A stretch of 64,000 nt of DNA from an uncultured Arcobacteraceae bacterium (GTDB taxonomy: Bacteria; Campylobacterota; Campylobacteria; Campylobacterales; Arcobacteraceae). The notes under the pieces are model-generated. The model was not told the origin of the DNA. It saw only the letters and a list, made by a program, of their open reading frames with translations, and made no database searches. The position numbers were made by a program, and so were the translations under genes. The stretch covers positions 1-64,000 of the forward strand of contig CAXHZO010000003.1 of NCBI GenBank assembly GCA_964022095.1. Reading direction: 5' to 3'. This document shows, piece after piece, positions 19,708 to 28,943 of the stretch (its first letter is position 1; every line of letters starts with the position of its first letter).

Positions 19708-19791
19708 ATTTTACCTTTTTTGCATTTTAATAGGTATAAGTTAAGATAAATATACTTTTTTTGCAAATTATATCAATTTACAGTAAAATTG

Positions 19792-20760
19792 TCAAAAATT
19801 CTCTTTCATCTTAGCAATAGTATTTATAGTCTCTAATATATCAATTTCTTTTTTTGTATATGGATTAACATATCTTGTATAAAGTATATACGCGCTTGCA
19901 AATACCTCTTCAACAGATAGTTTTCTATTTCTTCTTTTACAAGTTAGCCTATCATCTGTAATACCCCATCCTGCATAAAAAGGCATACCAAAACATACAC
20001 ACTCACAACCTACAAGTAAAGCTTCAAAACCCATACCTGAAGTTTTGGTATAGACTTTTTTAAAGTGTTTTAAAAGGGAGATGGGATTTATATCTTCACT
20101 TATGATAGATATCTCTTTTGAAATATTTTGTATATCTATATCTGAAGATTTTTTTCCACTTAATACATCTGGGTGAATTTTAAGATAGATTTTATGTTCA
20201 GGGTTTTTATTGAGGGCTTCTTTTATCATATCATCAGTTGAGTATTCATTTCCTCTTCCATATTCTAAACTACTATCTCCTGCTGTTTGAGCTATGATAA
20301 GAACTCTTTTTTCATCTTTTTGAAAATAGTTTTTATCTATATCTTTTGAGTTGTTGTATTTACTGATATGATATTTTTTTATTAGAGCTATAGCTTCTTT
20401 AGCTTTATTTAGCAACTCTTTATCCCTATCAAAATCATATGTATTTAAAATATTTTCTAATTTACTTGGAACAGTTGCATCATAATATATACCTATATCA
20501 TCTTCTATTAAACTAAAAGATGGAGAGCCTCTTACTCCAAGGTCTAGTGATCTGATAAATCCATCTTCTAGTAATACATACGAAGTATTAAACTTTTGAG
20601 CTAGTTGAATTGCTTTTTTTCCTGATTTTTTTCTACCCCAGCCATAAAAAATTCCTTTTCTGAATAACAATTCATCTAATGAAGAATATAAATCAACCTC
20701 TAAAAAAAAAATCGTATTTTTTTTCAGTTGTTTTGTTTTAGTATATTTCTTAATATTCAT
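19792..20760 (-). CDS. kpsC: KpsC N-terminal beta-Kdo transferase domain as a stand-alone protein
   Basis: GWGRKKSG, EDGFIRS, GIYYDAT, QTAGDSS, KIHPDV, PFYAGWG. Confidence 0.88.
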   Translation of the reverse strand: MNIKKYTKTKQLKKNTIFFLEVDLYSSLDELLFRKGIFYGWGRKKSGKKAIQLAQKFNTSYVLLEDGFIRSLDLGVRGSPSFSLIEDDIGIYYDATVPSKLENILNTYDFDRDKELLNKAKEAIALIKKYHISKYNNSKDIDKNYFQKDEKRVLIIAQTAGDSSLEYGRGNEYSTDDMIKEALNKNPEHKIYLKIHPDVLSGKKSSDIDIQNISKEISIISEDINPISLLKHFKKVYTKTSGMGFEALLVGCECVCFGMPFYAGWGITDDRLTCKRRNRKLSVEEVFASAYILYTRYVNPYTKKEIDILETINTIAKMKENF

Positions 20761-20769
20761 ACTATATTA

Positions 20770-21459
20770 TTAATCAATTGTTTTATTCCAAAATTCAATT
20801 GTTTGATTTACTTCACTAGAATGTGTTTTCATCCATGGCCTTGTATGAAATAGGTGAGGTCTCTCCCATGCAACATTCTTTTTAACAGTTTTAGCTGGTA
20901 CCCCAGCTAATATTACATTATTTGAAAAACTCCCTTTCACAACTGAACCAAACCCAATAACTGCTCCATCTCTAATTATAGTACCAGATAATATTGTTGA
21001 ACGATAACCTATCCAAACATGATTACCAATATATATATCTTGAGAAGGATTAATCCTATTTCCTGATTCAATATCATAGATAGCATGTGAATCTTCAGCT
21101 CTAATTTGTATTTGATCGGATAGCATACAATCCCTTCCTATTGTAACCTTAATTTTTTCAGCAGTTGTTAAGTAAACAGATCCTTGGGATGTAACATCAT
21201 CTTCAATAACAACTTTACATTGAAATCCTACATTTATTTGTCCCATAAATGATTTATTTTCATTATTCATTCCAATTTTGCAATATCCTTCATCATTAGG
21301 ATAATGAATTTTGGTTTTAATAAGTTTACTATTTTCATCAATAATTAATTTATTATTTTTTCCCTCAAATGCAACATATACTTCTTTTAAGGAGTCTGGT
21401 GCCTTAACTGAATTACCTTTATCATCTGTATAGTTCCCTATTACTTTTATATAACCCAT
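20770..21459 (-). CDS. Hexapeptide-repeat (LbH) acyltransferase, probable capsule O-acetyltransferase
   Basis: IGRDCMLS, DSHAIYD, IGNHVWIG, AGVPAK, resembling NeuO/OatC-type enzymes. Confidence 0.8.
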   Translation of the reverse strand: MGYIKVIGNYTDDKGNSVKAPDSLKEVYVAFEGKNNKLIIDENSKLIKTKIHYPNDEGYCKIGMNNENKSFMGQINVGFQCKVVIEDDVTSQGSVYLTTAEKIKVTIGRDCMLSDQIQIRAEDSHAIYDIESGNRINPSQDIYIGNHVWIGYRSTILSGTIIRDGAVIGFGSVVKGSFSNNVILAGVPAKTVKKNVAWERPHLFHTRPWMKTHSSEVNQTIEFWNKTID

Positions 21460-21471
21460 AACTTCTTCCTC

Positions 21472-22950
21472 TTACTTTCTATAAAATAATAATTTCATTA
21501 TTTTTCCTGAGATATTTTTTGTATCATGATAGAATAAATCTCTTTTATTTTTATACTTATTATATTTTTTATCACTTGCAAACTTTTTTATTAGAAAATT
21601 TTCTACACTATTTATTTTCATATTACTATTTTCTACACTATTTATTTTCATATTACTATTTTTTACAATAATATTATTTCGGTTATAAGTTGAATTATTT
21701 TCTGTTAAACTATTTATTTCAATGGAATATTGTGATAACTCTTTTTTTATTTTTTCTAAATCATCATTATTATATAAATATTCCATTATATTTACTAAAT
21801 AGTGTTTATATTTTTCAGAATTAAATTTATATTCATCGGCATTTTTTAATTTTAAAGTATCAACTTCTTTATCAATTGTAAAGTATCCTCCATAAAAAGG
21901 ATTTCCAAGTGTAATTATTGGCTTTCCTTTTTGCGCAATTTCAAAAGCAATTTGTGAGTTAAATAAAATTGCACACTGTATATTATCTATTAAAACTTCC
22001 AGATTATAGTCCTCAACTATTTTAATCCTGTGAATATCCTTTCCATGAAATTTATATATATAATCTACTAAAATATCAAATGTTATTGATCTCTTATTTT
22101 TAACTTTTTCATATGGATGTGTTTTTATAATTAAATTTGATTCAGTATCACTTATCACTTTATCAATTATTAATTTGTAATATTTAATTACAGATAAATA
22201 TTTTCTCTCTGTACAAATTATTGAAAAATCATTTACCACTTGGGTAGATAATAAAAATGTACTCTTTTGATTAAAAAAAGATTTTTTAGGAGAAAGTTTT
22301 TGTTTAACATTTTTATTATTCCAAGTCTCTAACCTAATTAAAGCATTGGAATATTTCTTTATAGAAAATTCTATTTCTGGTGCAGATATATTATTTGGTA
22401 TATGAGTATATCTTCTATCAAAATAAAAATCATTACCCGTTGCAAAATGTTCTACTACATACATAGGAATTTGGTTTTCTTCAAGAATAGAACTTAAAGT
22501 TTTAGTATAAATTAAAGCATTTGCAAAGCAAACATAAATATTACTAAAATTTATATACTGTTTCCAATAATTCAACCAAAATAAAGTAGCTCTCAAATTA
22601 TATTCGAGTTCTTCATAATAATTTAAATAAAGATAATCAAAAAGTATTTTATCTTCAGAAGGTAAAGAAGAGGAATACAGTTCCTCCTTTTTTAAAAGAT
22701 GAAGAAGTAGTTCATCCTTAAAAAACCCCCAATAGTTATCGAAAATATATTCTTTTGAATATATTGAGGGTGGTAATTGTTTTATATAATTTTTATAATA
22801 TCCTTGAGCAGTTTTTAATCCTTTGTCTCCATAGGTATTTTTTATATATTTAATGTTATTTAACTTAATATAAGTAAATAGAGATTTAAAATTATTTTCA
22901 TTCTTAAAATTTATGTTATCTACAAATACAATCATCTTAATTCTCTGCAA
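21472..22950 (-). CDS. Capsule biosynthesis glycosyltransferase, putative CMP-Kdo-dependent transferase
   Basis: QVVNDFS (QxxxD), KTHP, FNSQIAFE, GKPIITLG motifs shared with KpsC/KpsS-type domains; basic C-terminal KKYNKY..DLFYHD. Confidence 0.65.
   Translation of the reverse strand: MQRIKMIVFVDNINFKNENNFKSLFTYIKLNNIKYIKNTYGDKGLKTAQGYYKNYIKQLPPSIYSKEYIFDNYWGFFKDELLLHLLKKEELYSSSLPSEDKILFDYLYLNYYEELEYNLRATLFWLNYWKQYINFSNIYVCFANALIYTKTLSSILEENQIPMYVVEHFATGNDFYFDRRYTHIPNNISAPEIEFSIKKYSNALIRLETWNNKNVKQKLSPKKSFFNQKSTFLLSTQVVNDFSIICTERKYLSVIKYYKLIIDKVISDTESNLIIKTHPYEKVKNKRSITFDILVDYIYKFHGKDIHRIKIVEDYNLEVLIDNIQCAILFNSQIAFEIAQKGKPIITLGNPFYGGYFTIDKEVDTLKLKNADEYKFNSEKYKHYLVNIMEYLYNNDDLEKIKKELSQYSIEINSLTENNSTYNRNNIIVKNSNMKINSVENSNMKINSVENFLIKKFASDKKYNKYKNKRDLFYHDTKNISGKIMKLLFYRK
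21601..21660. repeat. Perfect 30-bp tandem duplication (NSNMKINSVE x2)
   Basis: TTCTACACTATTTATTTTCATATTACTATT occurs twice, head to tail. Confidence 0.95.
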
Positions 22951-24658
22951 ATTTAATTATTGATTTAACCCAATTATCTGTTGTAAATTTTGCGATATCT
23001 TTTCTAACATCTAAACGAGTTTGATAATTTATTTCTTTATTATATATATTTTTTATATGTGTAGTTGCTGTATTATAATCTACGGTATGCCATTTTCTAT
23101 CAAATTCAAAAACATTACAATATTTTGATATTTTATCTAAATATTGTACTACACCAACATCAGTACTTACTATATTTACACCCATGGATAAAGCTTCAAT
23201 TGCTGAAACTGGACCACCTTCACATCGTGCAGCAATAAATAATATATCAAAATCTGAATATACTTTAGGATATTCTTCATATTCAATATTTTTTTCACGA
23301 GCATAATAATAATATTCAATTCCATACTTATCAAATTCTTTTGTTAACTCATCCCAGTTTTGACCTAATATTGTAATTTTGAAATCGACATTTTCTAACT
23401 TTAATCTCAATGCCGTATTTAAAAGTATATCTCCTGCTTTTCTATAACCTTTGGGATGTGCAAGTTTACTTTTTGATAATAAGTTTTTATCATTTGTTCC
23501 ATATGCTCTACCTACAAAACCAATATTGATTTTATCTTTTACCTTTTTTATTTTTTTATTAATCTTTTCTTCTGTAAATAACTTGTGATCATATCCTATT
23601 GGGACAAAATCAAAATTATTCTTATTTGCAATTTCATAGTTTTCTCCATAACATTCTTCAAACTCACAAACACCGATAACTCTTTTAGTTTGATATAAAC
23701 TTTTGTTAAGAAGTTTATCATCAAATTGAATTATTGGTTTGTAACAGGTCCCATGGTGTATAGGAACAGAATTTTTTATCAAATAGTCTTCATCAATTCT
23801 AATATCCGGAATATTCTTAATATAACTATCAATAGATTTTTCTTTTGCTTTTTTAGTTAAATTAGAACCATTGATATATTTTGATAATTCCTGAGGTCTC
23901 ATCCAAATATAAGACTTCATATTGCTCAATGGATAATCAGATACTACTGCACCAAACTTTTCGAACCTTTCACATAAATCCTTAAACAAATAAGTAGGAT
24001 TATAACAAATCACATTTATTTCTGTATGACTAGAACTATCTAAGTCCAATAAATTACAAAAATAATTATATGATTCAATTTTTATATCATTAAATTTATA
24101 GTTTATATTAGACTCATTGTATAATGAATCTATAACAATTCTATCAAGAGTCTTATGCTCTATCTCAATTTCTCCACCTAAAAATTGACAATAGTCTGAA
24201 TCATTATCTATAGAAAAAATATCTTTATAATTATTAGTTGGAATAAAATTAGTTTTTAAAAAGATCTTTGTTATTTCATTTCCTGAGATTGTTGTGTAAT
24301 TATATATATTATTATTTACAATTAAATTATATTTCTTACTTATATAAGGTATATTTGTTGTAAATTTTGATTTTCCACCTAAATTAAAAATTCTAATTTT
24401 TTCAAGAAGTTCTAAATTTAAATTACATAATTGAATTTCTTCCGCACAATCAATAATAACTGTAATTTTTATATTATTGTTTTTTATAATTAGTTCATTA
24501 ATTAATTTAATATTAATCTCAGTTAAAATAATATGATTGAATTTATATAATTCATATTCTGTAAATACCTTTGTAACTCCAGAAATTTTTAAAAAATCAA
24601 AATCATTTAAAAAATATTTAACTGATAACTTGTCTATTACTCCATATAATGCAGTCAT
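22937..24658 (-). CDS. Glycosyltransferase with C-terminal GT-B (GT4-like) domain
   Basis: IGFVGR, RKAGD, EGGPVSAIEA (E-x7-E), VSTDVG. Confidence 0.8.
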   Translation of the reverse strand: MTALYGVIDKLSVKYFLNDFDFLKISGVTKVFTEYELYKFNHIILTEINIKLINELIIKNNNIKITVIIDCAEEIQLCNLNLELLEKIRIFNLGGKSKFTTNIPYISKKYNLIVNNNIYNYTTISGNEITKIFLKTNFIPTNNYKDIFSIDNDSDYCQFLGGEIEIEHKTLDRIVIDSLYNESNINYKFNDIKIESYNYFCNLLDLDSSSHTEINVICYNPTYLFKDLCERFEKFGAVVSDYPLSNMKSYIWMRPQELSKYINGSNLTKKAKEKSIDSYIKNIPDIRIDEDYLIKNSVPIHHGTCYKPIIQFDDKLLNKSLYQTKRVIGVCEFEECYGENYEIANKNNFDFVPIGYDHKLFTEEKINKKIKKVKDKINIGFVGRAYGTNDKNLLSKSKLAHPKGYRKAGDILLNTALRLKLENVDFKITILGQNWDELTKEFDKYGIEYYYYAREKNIEYEEYPKVYSDFDILFIAARCEGGPVSAIEALSMGVNIVSTDVGVVQYLDKISKYCNVFEFDRKWHTVDYNTATTHIKNIYNKEINYQTRLDVRKDIAKFTTDNWVKSIIKFAEN

Positions 24659-25801
24659 TTACTTACTCTCCTCATTGTTTTTTATAAACTCAATAATTCT
24701 CTCACAAGCTTTTCCATCACCATATGGATTATGCGCTTTTGACATAGTATTGTATTCATTTTCATCATTTAGTAGTTTTTGTGCTTCTTCAATGATAGCT
24801 TTTGGGTTTGTACCTACTAATTTTACTGTTCCTGCTTCTAGTGCTTCTGGTCTCTCAGTAGTATCTCTCATTACAAGTACAGGTTTTCCAAGTGATGGTG
24901 CTTCTTCTTGTACTCCACCTGAATCTGTGATTATAAAATATGATTTATTCATAATGTAAATAAAGCTTTCATATTGAAGTGGATCTATTAAGAATACATT
25001 TGATACATCTGATAGTATTTCTCTTACTGGTTTTTGTACATTTGGGTTTAAGTGTACTGGATAAACTATATCTACATTTGGATTGTTTGTTGCTATTGTT
25101 TTTAGAGCTTCACAGATATTTATAAAACCTTGTCCATGGTTTTCTCTTCTATGTCCAGTTACTAGTATTAGTTTTTTATCTTTATTTATTGTATATTGTT
25201 TATTTATAGTTTCTATAATACTATTTTTTAAACTTTGATTATTTTCTATTTTATCTAGTGCTAAAAATAGTGCATCTATTACTGTATTTCCAGTTACTAT
25301 TATATTTTCAGGATCTTTATTTTCTTTTATGAGATTATTAGAGCTTGTAGATGTTGGTGCAAAATGATAGTTTGCTAGTACACCTGTTATTTGTCTATTT
25401 GCTTCTTCTGGCCAAGGAGAGTAAATATCACCAGTTCTTAAACCAGCTTCTACGTGTCCTACTTTTACTTTTTCATAAAATGCTGCAAGTGAACTTGCAC
25501 TTGTAGTTGTAGTATCTCCATGAACTAAAACAACATCCGGTTTAAAATCTCTTAAAACATCTTTTAATCCTAAAAGTACATTAGCTGTAATATCATATAA
25601 ATCTTGTCCAGGTTTCATAAGATTTAAATCATAATCAGGTTTAATATCAAACATTTCAAGAACCTGATCTAACATCTCTCTATGTTGTGCTGTAACACAT
25701 ACTTTTGATTGGATATTATTATCTTTTTCAAAAGCTTTTACAAGCGGTGCCATTTTGATTGCTTCTGGTCTTGTTCCGAATACTAATAGTACTTTTTTCA
25801 A
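24659..25801 (-). CDS. wecB: UDP-N-acetylglucosamine 2-epimerase (non-hydrolysing)
   Basis: [38 protein letters not shown]. Confidence 0.95.
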   Translation of the reverse strand: MKKVLLVFGTRPEAIKMAPLVKAFEKDNNIQSKVCVTAQHREMLDQVLEMFDIKPDYDLNLMKPGQDLYDITANVLLGLKDVLRDFKPDVVLVHGDTTTTSASSLAAFYEKVKVGHVEAGLRTGDIYSPWPEEANRQITGVLANYHFAPTSTSSNNLIKENKDPENIIVTGNTVIDALFLALDKIENNQSLKNSIIETINKQYTINKDKKLILVTGHRRENHGQGFINICEALKTIATNNPNVDIVYPVHLNPNVQKPVREILSDVSNVFLIDPLQYESFIYIMNKSYFIITDSGGVQEEAPSLGKPVLVMRDTTERPEALEAGTVKLVGTNPKAIIEEAQKLLNDENEYNTMSKAHNPYGDGKACERIIEFIKNNEESK

Positions 25802-26562
25802 TTTAATCTTCCTTTAATTAGTTTATTTACATTCTTTAAATCATTACTAGAATCAACACCCATAGATTCATATTTTGTTTCTATCATTTTTATCTGAAAT
25901 CCATTTTCTAGTACCCTTAACTGCTCAAGTTTTTCAAGTCTTTCTAAATATGTTTGCTCCATCTTAGAATAATCGATTAAAAAATCTTTTTTATATCCAT
26001 ATATACCTATATGCTTGTAGAATCTTAAAGGCTCAGGGATATTTTCATGATGGTTTATTAAAGATTCCCATTCATCTCTATGATGGGGGATAATAGACCT
26101 AGAAAAATATAAAGCATTAGAGTTATTATCTACTGTAACTTTTACTGCATTAGGAGATTTTAATTCTTCTGTTGTTTTGATTTTGTTCATCGCACTTACC
26201 ATGGGTATATCACTGTTTTCTAAAGAAGAAACAAGCTTTGTTATTAATTCAGGTTCAATAAGTGGTTCATCACCTTGTACATTTATAATATTTTCGGCAT
26301 CTATATTTTTTACTGCTTCAGCCAATCTATCAGTTCCAGATTCATGTTCTTTAGAAGTCATTATTATATTTGATGTAAAAGTTTTACATACATTCTCTAC
26401 TTCTTCTGAATCTACTGCTATATAAACTTCATCAATATTTTTTGCTTTCTTAGCTCTTTCATAAACATGTTGAATCATAGGTTTTCCACATATATCAAGT
26501 ATTACTTTTCTAGGTAGTCTTGATGAACTTAGTCTTGCTGGTATTATTACTACATTTTTCAT
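25798..26562 (-). CDS. kdsB: CMP-Kdo synthetase (KdsB/KpsU)
   Basis: [33 protein letters not shown]. Confidence 0.95.
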   Translation of the reverse strand: MKNVVIIPARLSSSRLPRKVILDICGKPMIQHVYERAKKAKNIDEVYIAVDSEEVENVCKTFTSNIIMTSKEHESGTDRLAEAVKNIDAENIINVQGDEPLIEPELITKLVSSLENSDIPMVSAMNKIKTTEELKSPNAVKVTVDNNSNALYFSRSIIPHHRDEWESLINHHENIPEPLRFYKHIGIYGYKKDFLIDYSKMEQTYLERLEKLEQLRVLENGFQIKMIETKYESMGVDSSNDLKNVNKLIKGRLN

Positions 26563-27512
26563 TATACTTCACCTGTATCATATATTTGAACTACACCTTG
26601 TAGTTTTTCATCATCAATTACAAGTAAATCGTTTATTTTATGTTCTATCATAAATTCCTCTGCTTCTATTGCCATTTTTTCAGATGAGATTGATTTTGGG
26701 TTTTGTGTCATAATATCATTTGCAATAAGTTCAAATCTTAGTTTAGTAGTTTCTCCTAATGCTCTTCTTAAATCTCCATCAGTGATTATACCAACAACCT
26801 TTTCTCCTTCTAAAACAATAGATAAACCTAATCTTCCTTTTGTTATTACATTTATAATTTCATCAAAAGGTGACTCTTTTTTTATAATAGGTAGATTCTT
26901 ACTATGCATTATATCTTTTACTTTTGTAAGAAGTTTCCTTCCTAAGCTACCACCAGGGTGGAACATAGCAAAATCTTCAGGTTTAAAATTTCTTTCATTC
27001 ATCAAAGCAACTGATAAAGCATCTCCCATAGCAAGAGTAGCTGTTGTAGATGATGTAGGAGCCAATTGTAGTGGACAAGCTTCTTCTTCAACAAAAATAT
27101 TTAGAAAAAAATCTGAACCTTTCCCCAGACTTGAGTTTGGGTTTCCAGCCATACCAATCAAAGTGATTCCCATTCTTTTTACTAAAGGAATTATTCTTAC
27201 AACTTCTTCACTTTCACCTGAATTTGATATAGCTAAAACTATATCATCTGAAGTTAACATACCTAAATCCCCATGAATAGCTTCTGCTGGATGCATAAAA
27301 AAACTAGGTGTTCCTGTACTTGCAAGAGTTGCAGATATTTTCACTCCTATGTGACCTGATTTTCCCATACCAGTAATTACAAGTCTACCTTTTGAATTTA
27401 AGATACAATTAATAGCTTTTTCAAAATCCTCTGTTAAAAGATTTTCTAAGTTTTTTATTGCTTTTGATTCTATATCAAAAACTTTTTTAGCTTGTTCTAT
27501 AATATTACTCAT
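26562..27512 (-). CDS. kpsF: Arabinose-5-phosphate isomerase (KpsF/KdsD; SIS + CBS domains)
   Basis: GMGKSGH, HGDLG, APTSST, HPGGSLG, TDGDLRR. Confidence 0.95.
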   Translation of the reverse strand: MSNIIEQAKKVFDIESKAIKNLENLLTEDFEKAINCILNSKGRLVITGMGKSGHIGVKISATLASTGTPSFFMHPAEAIHGDLGMLTSDDIVLAISNSGESEEVVRIIPLVKRMGITLIGMAGNPNSSLGKGSDFFLNIFVEEEACPLQLAPTSSTTATLAMGDALSVALMNERNFKPEDFAMFHPGGSLGRKLLTKVKDIMHSKNLPIIKKESPFDEIINVITKGRLGLSIVLEGEKVVGIITDGDLRRALGETTKLRFELIANDIMTQNPKSISSEKMAIEAEEFMIEHKINDLLVIDDEKLQGVVQIYDTGEV

Positions 27513-28305
27513 AATTTAATACCTCTTGAATAGCAAAAATATCATCTATAACTTTGTATAGCTCATCAACTTGAACCATATTTGGTCCATCACTTAATGC
27601 AACACTAGGATCTGTATGTGTCTCAAAGAAGAACCCATCAACTCCAACAGCCGCTGCTGCTTTAGCTAAACTTGGCACTACTGCACTATTTCCGCCAGTT
27701 GTTCCACCTGTACTTGGTACTTGTGCTGAGTGTGTAGCATCAAATATTACTGGTGCATACTCTCTCATTGCTATTAAGTTTTTCATATCAACTACTAATG
27801 CTCCATATCCAAATGTATTTCCTCTTTCACAAAGCCATACACCATTTTTATCTGAGTTTTCATAGTTTACCTCATTACAACCTCTAGTTTTTAATACTTT
27901 TTCAACTGGATGTTTCATACTTCCACTTGCTAAAAACTGTCCTTTTTTAATATTTATTTTACAATCAGTTTTTGCAGCAGCTACTAGTAAATCTGTTTGT
28001 CTACATAAAAATGCTGGTATTTGTAATATATCTAATACTTCTCCTGCAGGGGCAGCTTGATATGATTCATGTATATCTGTTACTAATTTATATCCAAACT
28101 GCTCTTTTATCTCTTGAAATAATTTTAGACCTTCATCTAATCCAGGCCCTCTAAAAGAGTCTAAGCTTGTTCTATTTGCTTTATCAAAACTTGCTTTAAA
28201 ATAAAACTCAACTCTTTTATCTTCACTTAATGGTTTTAGTTTCTCAGCAATTCTCATTACTGTATCTCTATCTTCTAAAACACATGGTCCTGTTAATATT
28301 TTCAC
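27505..28305 (-). CDS. kdsA: Kdo-8-phosphate synthase
   Basis: GPC, KASFDKANRTS, QIPAFLCRQT, DATHS, SDGPN. Confidence 0.96.
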   Translation of the reverse strand: MKILTGPCVLEDRDTVMRIAEKLKPLSEDKRVEFYFKASFDKANRTSLDSFRGPGLDEGLKLFQEIKEQFGYKLVTDIHESYQAAPAGEVLDILQIPAFLCRQTDLLVAAAKTDCKINIKKGQFLASGSMKHPVEKVLKTRGCNEVNYENSDKNGVWLCERGNTFGYGALVVDMKNLIAMREYAPVIFDATHSAQVPSTGGTTGGNSAVVPSLAKAAAAVGVDGFFFETHTDPSVALSDGPNMVQVDELYKVIDDIFAIQEVLNYE

Positions 28306-28826
28306 TTCTTCCCTTCTATTGATTTTTCAATTAATTTATCTAAAAGATTATTTCTATCCAAGATTAAGTCTGCTAAATCTCTTAGTGCACCATTTCCACC
28401 TTTTGATGGTGTTATATAATCGACGTGTTTTTTAATATAGTTTCTTGCATCATTAGGAGTTGCACTAAGTCCACATCTTGAAAGTATTGATAAATCTATT
28501 ATATCATCACCGATATAGGCAATATTTTTATCTTTTAATTTATAATCTTTTTTAATTTTTCTATATTGTATTAATTTATTAGATGAGCCATGATAATGAA
28601 AATCTAGTTTTAGTTCTTCGCAACGATTTTTTACTACAGGTGAATTTCTCCCTGTAATTGCACCTACAATGAAGCCAAAACTTTTAAGGTGTGATATTAT
28701 TTGTCCATCTTTTACATTAAATCTTTTTATTTCATTTCCTGAATTGTCATAGATAATCCCACCATCTGTTAATACTCCATCAACATCAAATACAATACAT
28801 TTAATATTTTTTATTTTTTTATTCAA
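28302..28826 (-). CDS. kdsC: Kdo-8-phosphate phosphatase (HAD)
   Basis: DVDGVLTDG, ITGR, IGDDIID, GGNGALR. Confidence 0.93.
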   Translation of the reverse strand: MNKKIKNIKCIVFDVDGVLTDGGIIYDNSGNEIKRFNVKDGQIISHLKSFGFIVGAITGRNSPVVKNRCEELKLDFHYHGSSNKLIQYRKIKKDYKLKDKNIAYIGDDIIDLSILSRCGLSATPNDARNYIKKHVDYITPSKGGNGALRDLADLILDRNNLLDKLIEKSIEGKK

Positions 28827-28848
28827 ATATCATCCTATTTATTTCAAA

Positions 28849-28936
28849 TTATACAATGTAAATGACTCAAAAATGACTCATTTTTTAATTTCCTAGTAAT
28901 TTTTACGAAAAATTGTGAAATTACTGTAAAAATTAC
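28849..28936 (-). promoter_or_regulatory. Probable internal promoter with direct repeat and upstream inverted repeat
   Basis: Minus-strand TGTATAAT; AAATGACTCA x2 at 28860 and 28871; GTAATTTTTAC/GTAAAAATTAC inverted repeat at 28896-28936. Confidence 0.5.
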
Positions 28937-28943
28937 AATTTAT

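Noticed and set aside
18107-19791. hipBA as an IS/transposon that disrupted kpsC into a pseudogene
   Set aside because: No transposase, terminal inverted repeats or target duplication seen; both kpsC halves have complete motifs and their own start signals
21601-21660. Possible CRISPR-like repeat
   Set aside because: Two adjacent copies without spacers, in frame inside a CDS; no cas genes
24659-25801. neuC and sialic acid capsule
   Set aside because: Motifs fit the non-hydrolysing WecB type, and no neuB or neuA is in the window
26782-27276. 164-aa plus-strand ORF (likewise 24537-24959, 26177-26425, 17352-17735, 17143-17397)
   Set aside because: Antisense to well-supported capsule genes; no motifs or RBS
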